Shown here: piece after piece, positions 58,307-64,000 of the stretch
How positions within the stretch are numbered: the first letter of the stretch is position 1
Layout: every line of letters begins with the position of its first letter
NCBI GenBank assembly: GCA_019114225.1
Contig: DXFW01000013.1
Coordinates: 13,260 to 77,259, forward strand
Length of the DNA stretch: 64,000 nucleotides
Reading direction: 5' to 3'
Source: Candidatus Allofournierella pullicola
GTDB taxonomy: Bacteria; Bacillota; Clostridia; Oscillospirales; Ruminococcaceae
The notes under the pieces: generated by a model
Told to the model about the DNA's origin: nothing
What the model saw: the letters and a program-made list of their open reading frames with translations, nothing else
Databases searched by the model: none
Made by a program: the position numbers and the translations under genes

Positions 58307-59216
58307 GGCCCTGCCCGCCGGCGCGGCCCGCGCCGCCGCTTTGCGCCGGGCGGGCGCTGCCTGCGGCTGTGCCGCGCTGGCGTATCTGGCGGCCCGCTCG
58401 GTGCTCACCGCGCTGGCGGGCGCCCTGCTGGCCCTGCGGGTGCCGGGCGCGAGCCTCGCCAACCCCGCGGGCACCGGCCTTGCGGCGGCCATCCTGCTGC
58501 AGGCGCTGGTGAGCGCCTTGTCTCTGGCCGCGCCCTTTGCGCTGCTGCCGCTCACCGGCGGCGTGCCCGCCTCCGCGGCCCGCAGACTGAACGCCGAGCA
58601 GTGGGCCGGGCTGTTTTTGCTGTTCTGGCTGCTGATGATGGCGGGCAACCTGCTGGCGGGGATTTTTCCCGGTGCGGGCGGGGGCCAGATGGATCTGCCC
58701 CCTTCCGGTCTTGCGCTGGCGGCGGCCTGGCTGGCAGTCTGCCTTGTGCCCGCGGTGGGGGAGGAACTGCTCTTCCGCGGCCTTTTGCAGGGGTGGCTGC
58801 GTCCCTTTGGGCCGGTGGTGGCCGTGGCCGGGTCCGCGCTGCTGTTTGCCCTGCTCCACGGGCGCGCGCCCTCGGTGGTGGCCGCGGCCTTTGGCGGCAC
58901 GGCGCTGGGCCTTGCAGCCCTTTGCTCCGGCAGCCTTGTGCCGGGCATGCTTTTCCATCTCTACAACAACACCCTGGCCTTTGTGGGGCAGTACTGCCAG
59001 CAGTACGGCGCGCCTCAGGCGGTGAGCTATATTCTGATGTTCCTGCCGCCCCTGGCTGCCCTGGCTTTTGCGCCCTGGCGGGCGTTTCCCTCCCGCAAAA
59101 AGGGCCGTCTGCACGGACAGGGCGGGGAATGGCTGCGCCTTCTGCGCAGCCCCGGCTATCTGGCGGCGGTGGCAGTGCTGGCAGCGCTGAGCCTGTACAA
59201 GACCATTGGGGGATGA
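58293..59216 (+). CDS. CPBP-family intramembrane glutamic endopeptidase (CAAX protease/Abi)
   Basis: Motif 1 VGEELLFRGLLQGWL, motif 2 SALLFALLHG, motif 3 LFHLYNNTLAF. ATG 58293 overlaps the end of the hdeD-like gene by 14 nt. Confidence 0.85.
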   Translation: MRTAEALPAGAARAAALRRAGAACGCAALAYLAARSVLTALAGALLALRVPGASLANPAGTGLAAAILLQALVSALSLAAPFALLPLTGGVPASAARRLNAEQWAGLFLLFWLLMMAGNLLAGIFPGAGGGQMDLPPSGLALAAAWLAVCLVPAVGEELLFRGLLQGWLRPFGPVVAVAGSALLFALLHGRAPSVVAAAFGGTALGLAALCSGSLVPGMLFHLYNNTLAFVGQYCQQYGAPQAVSYILMFLPPLAALAFAPWRAFPSRKKGRLHGQGGEWLRLLRSPGYLAAVAVLAALSLYKTIGG

Positions 59217-59219
59217 ACC

Positions 59220-59684
59220 ATGACCGATGAACAACTGATGAGGCTTGCCATTGAGCAGGCGAAAAAAGCCGCCGCTTTGGGCGAAGTGCCGGTGGGCGCG
59301 GTGGTGGCCAAGGACGGCGAACCGGTGGCCATGGCTTACAACACCCGGGAGACCGGCAAAAACGCCACCCATCACGCCGAGCTTCTGGCCATCGACGCCG
59401 CCTGCAAGGCGCTGGGCGGCTGGCGGTTGTGGCAGTGTGAACTGTTCGTGACGCTGGAGCCCTGCCCCATGTGCAGTGGAGCCATCATCAACAGCCGTAT
59501 CAAGCGGGTGGTCTACGGCGCGGCGGACCCCAAGGCAGGCTGCTGCGGCTCCCTCACCGACTTGTTCGCCCTGCCGTTCAACCACCGCCCTCAGGTGGAG
59601 AGCGGGTTGCTGGCGGAAGAATGCGCTCAGCTTTTGAAGGACTTTTTTGCCGCCCTGCGCAAAAAACGGGAGGAAGCACGATGA
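59220..59684 (+). CDS. tadA: tRNA adenosine(34) deaminase
   Basis: GEVPVGAVV, HAELLAI and TLEPCPMCSGAI zinc-deaminase motifs. 154 aa. Confidence 0.92.
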   Translation: MTDEQLMRLAIEQAKKAAALGEVPVGAVVAKDGEPVAMAYNTRETGKNATHHAELLAIDAACKALGGWRLWQCELFVTLEPCPMCSGAIINSRIKRVVYGAADPKAGCCGSLTDLFALPFNHRPQVESGLLAEECAQLLKDFFAALRKKREEAR

Positions 59685-60403
59685 AAACGGTACTTATCAC
59701 CGGCGCCGCCCGGGGCATTGGAGCCGCCGCTGCGCAAATGTTTGCCGAGGCGGGGTATCAGGTGGTCATCAACTACCTGCACAGCGCCGAAAAAGCCGAG
59801 GCGCTGGCCGCCCGCTGGCCCGGCCGGGCGCTGGCGGTGCAGGCGGATGTGGCGGACCCGGCCCAGGTGGAGGCCATGTTTGCCGCCGCCGAAAGGGCCT
59901 TTGGCGGCGTGGACGTGCTGATGTGCAACGCAGGGATAGCGGCCCAAAAGCTTTTCACCGATGTCACCGACGAGGAATGGCAGCGAATGCTGGCGGTGCA
60001 CCTTTCCGGGGCGTTTTACTGCTGCCGCCGGGCGCTGCCTCATATGATCCGCCGCAAGTGGGGCCGCATTCTCATCGTCAGCTCCATGTGGGGGCAGGTG
60101 GGGGGCAGCTGCGAGGTGGCCTATTCCGCCGCAAAGGCGGGCCTCATCGGTCTGACCAAGGCCCTGGCGAAAGAAGAAGGCCCCAGCGGGATCACCGTCA
60201 ACTGCGTGGCCCCCGGCGTCATCGACACCGACATGATGGCCTCCTTCTCCGCCGAGGACAAGGCGGCCCTGGCGGAGGAAACGCCCCTGGGCGTTCTCGG
60301 CACGCCCCGGCAGGTGGCGGACGCGCTGGTCTTTCTGGCCAGTGACGGAGCAAGCTACATCACCGGCCAGGTGCTGGGCGTCAACGGCGGCCTGGTGACT
60401 TAA
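59681..60403 (+). CDS. SDR-family oxidoreductase (FabG-like 3-oxoacyl reductase type)
   Basis: MKTVLITGAARGIGAA (TGxxxGxG), NAG, and catalytic S...YSAAK. ATGA overlap with tadA (the track start 59471 is an over-extension). Confidence 0.88.
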   Translation: MKTVLITGAARGIGAAAAQMFAEAGYQVVINYLHSAEKAEALAARWPGRALAVQADVADPAQVEAMFAAAERAFGGVDVLMCNAGIAAQKLFTDVTDEEWQRMLAVHLSGAFYCCRRALPHMIRRKWGRILIVSSMWGQVGGSCEVAYSAAKAGLIGLTKALAKEEGPSGITVNCVAPGVIDTDMMASFSAEDKAALAEETPLGVLGTPRQVADALVFLASDGASYITGQVLGVNGGLVT

Positions 60404-60415
60404 AGGAACAAACGA

Positions 60416-60455
60416 CCCCTCTCTTTGCATACCATGGCGAAGAGGGGGGCTTTTT
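60416..60455 (+). terminator. Terminator-like hairpin plus T5 run abutting the GH25 start codon
   Basis: CCCCTCTCTT (60416-60425) pairs with AAGAGGGGGG (60440-60449), 10 bp with one G-U. This is followed by CTTTTT and then ATG 60456. The 3' arm contains the only SD-like sequence (GAGGGGGG). Confidence 0.6.
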
Positions 60456-61424
60456 ATGGAGATTTTCCAGACGGGCATTGACGTGTCCCGCTATCAGGGG
60501 GTCATCGACTGGAAGCAGGTGGCGGCGGGCAAGCAGTTCGCCATCGTGCGTGCGGTGTCCTCAAACAGCGGCGGGGTCTATGTGGACCCCTATTTTGAAC
60601 GGAACGTGGCGGGAGCCCACGAGGCGGGCATGCGGGTGGGCGTTTATTACTACACCTACGCCCGCAGCGAGGCGGCGGTCATCAACGAGCTGGACACTCT
60701 TTTGCCGGTGCTGGAGGGCCTGCGGCTGGAGTACCCGGTGTTTGTGGATGTGGAGGCTTCCACCCTGCAAAGCCTGGGCCGCACGGAACTGACAGGCCTG
60801 GTGCGTTTCGCCATGGACATTCTGGACCAGAAGGGCTGGTTCCCCGGCTTTTACACCTACACCAACTTCGCCCAGAACTATCTGAACATGGCCGAACTGG
60901 CGGCCTATCCCTTGTGGATCGCCGACTACCGGGGCTATGTGGGGTATCCCGGCAGCTACGACATGTGGCAGTATTCCAGCACCGGCCGGGTGAACGGCAT
61001 TACCGGCAACGTGGATCTGAACTACAGCTACAAGGATTTTCTGCCGCTGATCAAGGCGGCGGGCAAAAACGGCTATTCCCAGGGCCCGGCCACCCTTCCG
61101 CTCACGAACACCGAACTGGTGGTGTATCAGAGCGGCGCCATTTATTACTATGCGCCGGACCCGGCGGCGCTGTCGGGCACGCTGGCAGTGGGACGTTATC
61201 CCGCCTCGGAAGTCACGGACGGCGAGTGGAACGGTGCGGTGTGGGCAAAAATAGACCATCTGGGCGGGCAATACTGGGTCCCGCTGCAGGCGGGAGTCAC
61301 CGGCCTGTCGGAGACCGGCGGCGAGGGGTGCGAAGAAGTGCGCGCCCAGCTGGAGCGGGCCCAGGAACAGCTGGACCTGACCCGCCAGAGCCTCGACTGG
61401 CTGCTGGGCGAGCTGGAAAGCTGA
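60456..61424 (+). CDS. GH25 muramidase without a signal peptide, with a C-terminal SH3-like/coiled-coil extension (endolysin-like, 322 aa)
   Basis: Begins directly with GIDVSRYQGVIDWKQVAAGKQFAIVRA. GVYYYTYA, FVDVE, LWIADY and WQYSSTGRVNGITGNVDLN are GH25 motifs. The tail ends in EEVRAQLERAQEQLDLTRQSLDWLLGELES. Confidence 0.85.
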   Translation: MEIFQTGIDVSRYQGVIDWKQVAAGKQFAIVRAVSSNSGGVYVDPYFERNVAGAHEAGMRVGVYYYTYARSEAAVINELDTLLPVLEGLRLEYPVFVDVEASTLQSLGRTELTGLVRFAMDILDQKGWFPGFYTYTNFAQNYLNMAELAAYPLWIADYRGYVGYPGSYDMWQYSSTGRVNGITGNVDLNYSYKDFLPLIKAAGKNGYSQGPATLPLTNTELVVYQSGAIYYYAPDPAALSGTLAVGRYPASEVTDGEWNGAVWAKIDHLGGQYWVPLQAGVTGLSETGGEGCEEVRAQLERAQEQLDLTRQSLDWLLGELES

Positions 61425-61515
61425 AAACACAGCTTGCGAATCGGCCCAAAGCAGGATACAATAAAGAAAAGCCTCCATGCGGGGACCAGAAAACAAAAAG
61501 TGAGGGCCTGCAACT

Positions 61516-62676
61516 ATGCAGCTTGATAAAAAGACCATCCGAACGCTGCTGCTCATGGCCAGTTTCTGTATCGTGCTCTACTGGGCGCTGCAGAACCTGG
61601 ACCGGGTGGGCGGCATTCTGAACGGAGTGTGGGGCCTTGTGTCGCCCTTTGTGGTGGGCGGCAGCCTGGCCTTTATTCTGAACGTGCCCATGCGGGCCAT
61701 CGAGAAAAAACTGCCCAAAAAGCTGGTGAAGACCCGCCGCGCGGCGGCTCTGGTGCTGACGCTGCTGGCGGTGGTGGGCGTGATGTCTCTGGTGCTGCTG
61801 CTCATCCTGCCCCAGCTGGGCCGCACCATTGCCAGCATTGGCGCTCAGCTGCCCGGCTTCTGGGCCGACAGCCAGAAATGGCTGGCAGACCTGATGGTGC
61901 AGTATCCCATGCTGGAGGAGTGGACCTCCACCGAGTTCATTACCGACTGGCAGAGCGCCGTCTCCGCCGTGGCCGAGTGGTTCAAGAACGGCGGTTTTGC
62001 CCTGGTGGGCAACGCGGCCACTGCCGCCACCGGTATCGTCATGCAGTTTGTGGATTTCTTCATCGGCCTCATCTTCGCGCTGTATCTGCTGGTGTGCAAA
62101 GAGACCCTGACCCGGCAGGCAAAAATGCTGCTCTACGCCTGGGGGCCTGAGCGCCGGGCGGAAAAGGTGATCGAAGTGGCCCGGCTCACCAATCACACCT
62201 TCTCCAAATTCCTCTCCGGCCAGTGCCTGGAAGCCTGCATTCTGGGCAGCCTGTTCGCGGTGGGCATGCTGCTCTGCCGCATGCCTTATGTCACCCTCAT
62301 CAGTGTGCTGGTGGCCGTCACCGCCCTTATCCCGGTGTTCGGCGCCTTCATCGGGTGCTTTTTGGGGGCGTTCTTCATTCTGGTGCAAAACCCCATCCAG
62401 GCGGTGTGGTTCGTGGTGCTGTTCCTCTGCATTCAGCAGATCGAAGGCAACCTCATCTATCCCAAGGTGGTGGGCAATTCGGTGGGCCTGCCCGGTATAT
62501 GGGTGCTCATGGCCGTCACCATCGGCGGCAGCGCCATGGGCGTGGTGGGCATGCTGGTGATGATCCCCGCCTGCTCGGTGATCTACAGCCTGCTGCGCAC
62601 CGCCACCCGGCGCAAACTGCGGGAAAAAGGCGTGGAACGGGAGAAATACCTGCCCGACGCACCCAAGGCAAAATGA
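61516..62676 (+). CDS. AI-2E family transporter (PerM/UPF0118)
   Basis: 8-TM profile. Hallmark segment CIQQIEGNLIYPKVVGNSVGLPGIWVLMAV. Confidence 0.88.
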   Translation: MQLDKKTIRTLLLMASFCIVLYWALQNLDRVGGILNGVWGLVSPFVVGGSLAFILNVPMRAIEKKLPKKLVKTRRAAALVLTLLAVVGVMSLVLLLILPQLGRTIASIGAQLPGFWADSQKWLADLMVQYPMLEEWTSTEFITDWQSAVSAVAEWFKNGGFALVGNAATAATGIVMQFVDFFIGLIFALYLLVCKETLTRQAKMLLYAWGPERRAEKVIEVARLTNHTFSKFLSGQCLEACILGSLFAVGMLLCRMPYVTLISVLVAVTALIPVFGAFIGCFLGAFFILVQNPIQAVWFVVLFLCIQQIEGNLIYPKVVGNSVGLPGIWVLMAVTIGGSAMGVVGMLVMIPACSVIYSLLRTATRRKLREKGVEREKYLPDAPKAK

Positions 62677-62739
62677 AAACGCCCGGCCCCGGCCCTCAAA
62701 AGGCCGGGGCCGAAATGTAAAAAGAGGAGGGGAAACCTC

Positions 62740-63300
62740 ATGTTTGTGGAACCCATCACCCGCAGCCTGAACGGCCACACGCTCACCCTGCGCTGCGCGG
62801 AGGAAGAGGACGCGGAAATGCTTCTTTGCTATCTCAAGATCACCTGCGGCGAGACTCCGTGGCTGGTGCGGGGGCCGGAGGAGGTCACCATGACGGTGGA
62901 GGAGGAAAAAGCCTTCATCCGCGGCCAGAACGAATCTCCCGTGAACCTTATGCTGCTGGCGTTTGTGGACGGCGAGCACGCGGGCAACGCCTCGCTGATG
63001 GGCTTTTCCATGGCGCGCTACCGCCACCGGGCCCAGCTGGGGGTGGCCCTCTATCAGAAATTCACCGGCCGGGGCGTGGGCACTGCCCTGCTGAAAGAAC
63101 TCATCGCCATTGCTCGTCAAAAGGGGCTGGAACAGCTGGAACTGGAGGTGGCCGCCCACAACACCGGGGCCGTGGCGCTTTACAGAAAATTGGGGTTTGA
63201 AGTCTGCGGCACCCTGCCCCGGAACATGAAGTACCCCGACGGAAGCTATGAGGACGTGCTGTATATGGCAAAGCCGCTGGGAGAGGAGAGTGCGGAATGA
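62740..63300 (+). CDS. GNAT-family N-acetyltransferase
   Basis: Motif A QLGVALYQKFTGRGVGTALLKELIAIARQKG and ALYRKLGFEVCG. Confidence 0.85.
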   Translation: MFVEPITRSLNGHTLTLRCAEEEDAEMLLCYLKITCGETPWLVRGPEEVTMTVEEEKAFIRGQNESPVNLMLLAFVDGEHAGNASLMGFSMARYRHRAQLGVALYQKFTGRGVGTALLKELIAIARQKGLEQLELEVAAHNTGAVALYRKLGFEVCGTLPRNMKYPDGSYEDVLYMAKPLGEESAE

Positions 63301-63986
63301 ACGAGACCATCCTGGTGGTGGACGACGAAAAGGAAATTGCCGACCTGGTGGCGGTGTATCTCCAAAACGAGGGCTGCAGGGTGCTCGTCTGCGGCACTGC
63401 CGCCGAAGCGCTGGCCTGCCTTGAAGCGGACAAGCCGGATCTGGCCATTCTGGACGTAATGCTGCCGGACATGGACGGCTTTTCTCTCTGCCGCCGGATC
63501 CGCCAGCAGCACCTTTTTCCCATCATAATGCTCACCGCACGGGTGGAGGATATGGACAAAATAACCGGCCTCTCCCTCGGCGCGGACGACTACATCACCA
63601 AGCCCTTCAACCCGCTGGAACTGGTGGCCCGGGTCAAGACCCAGCTGCGGCGCTATCTGCGCTACGACGCCGCCAGCACCGGTGAGCCGGACCGGCTGGA
63701 TATCCGGGCTTTGAGCATTTCCAAAGAGGGGCACAAGTGCACCCTGAACGGCAAGGAGGTGTCCCTCACTCCCACCGAGTTCAATATCCTGTGGTATCTG
63801 TGCAGGCGGCAGGGCAAGGTGGTCCCCTCCGAGGAGCTGTTCAGCGCCGTGTGGGGCGAAAAATACCTGGACAGCAGCAACACCGTGATGGCCCACATCG
63901 CCCGTCTGCGGGAAAAGCTGGGCGAGCCGCCCCGCAGGCCCCGCTATGTAAAAACCGTCTGGGGGGTGGGCTACACCGTTGAATAA
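63297..63986 (+). CDS. OmpR/PhoB-family response regulator
   Basis: Receiver ILVVDDEKEIADL...DLAILDVMLPDMDG...LTA...KPF, then a winged-helix output LTPTEFNILWYL....VWG......NTVMAHIARLREKL....P.YVKTVWGVGY. ATGA overlap with the GNAT gene. A cognate kinase is presumably beyond the right edge. Confidence 0.92.
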   Translation: MNETILVVDDEKEIADLVAVYLQNEGCRVLVCGTAAEALACLEADKPDLAILDVMLPDMDGFSLCRRIRQQHLFPIIMLTARVEDMDKITGLSLGADDYITKPFNPLELVARVKTQLRRYLRYDAASTGEPDRLDIRALSISKEGHKCTLNGKEVSLTPTEFNILWYLCRRQGKVVPSEELFSAVWGEKYLDSSNTVMAHIARLREKLGEPPRRPRYVKTVWGVGYTVE

Positions 63987-64000
63987 GAAACGAGAAAGCG

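Noticed and set aside
60456-61424. Prophage remnant hypothesis for the signal-less GH25.
   Set aside because: No holin, structural, integrase or repressor genes flank it within about 3 kb on either side. Its neighbours are tadA, an SDR and an AI-2E transporter. It is therefore reported as an orphan endolysin-like gene, not as a mobile element.
1-64000. Search for defence systems, toxin-antitoxin pairs, transposases/IS elements, integrases, CRISPR-Cas, retrons or DGRs.
   Set aside because: No ORF shows nuclease, helicase, reverse-transcriptase, recombinase or Cas motifs. There are no spaced direct-repeat arrays. The only repeat-bounded segment (52.6-57.6 kb) carries metabolic genes only.

Overview
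High-GC Gram-positive, Clostridia-type chromosomal segment. My hand counts on sampled 60-nt lines give about 65-78% GC for most of the window. It has TTGACA/TATAAT promoters, AGGAGG Shine-Dalgarno (SD) sites, a perfect CIRCE operator, DegV, a class-3 FBPase and DUF1292/DUF3842/DUF554-type genes. This looks Oscillospiraceae-like, but that cannot be proven from sequence alone. I call 59 protein genes, 2 tRNAs (Gly-UCC, Leu-CAG), one candidate stand-alone structured sRNA, several duplicated palindromic operators and about 20 intrinsic terminators. Content is mostly housekeeping or transport: trpS, gltX, murD, cls, fbp, htpG, tadA, a deoD-cdd-BMP/ABC nucleoside salvage cluster, a P-type ATPase, and NSS/MFS/DMT/APC/CPA2 transporters. 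I saw no transposase, integrase, CRISPR array, recognisable defence genes or prophage block. Most long ORFs in the six-frame track are antisense or N-terminally over-extended high-GC artefacts. I cannot name one clearly novel system. The items most worth follow-up are: (1) a single ORF fusing a NeuD/PglD-type acetyltransferase to a NahK-like N-acetylhexosamine 1-kinase, translationally coupled to a YfcE phosphoesterase. (2) A promoter-to-terminator structured sRNA between a DUF1292 gene and a convergent LUD gene. (3) A ~5 kb lower-GC cassette (M20 amidohydrolase, APC permease, enolase-superfamily enzyme, GntR) bounded by ~35-bp imperfect direct repeats that duplicate the 3' half of the htpG terminator. 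(4) Inside that cassette, a ~300-bp non-coding stretch with two identical 16-bp perfect palindromes. (5) A PflX-type radical SAM gene translationally coupled to a 620-aa polytopic GT-C-like membrane protein. (6) An orphan family-5 binding lipoprotein whose ideal start position is ACG, co-oriented with a CsoR/RcnR-type repressor. All family names come from my recognition of motifs, not from database searches.
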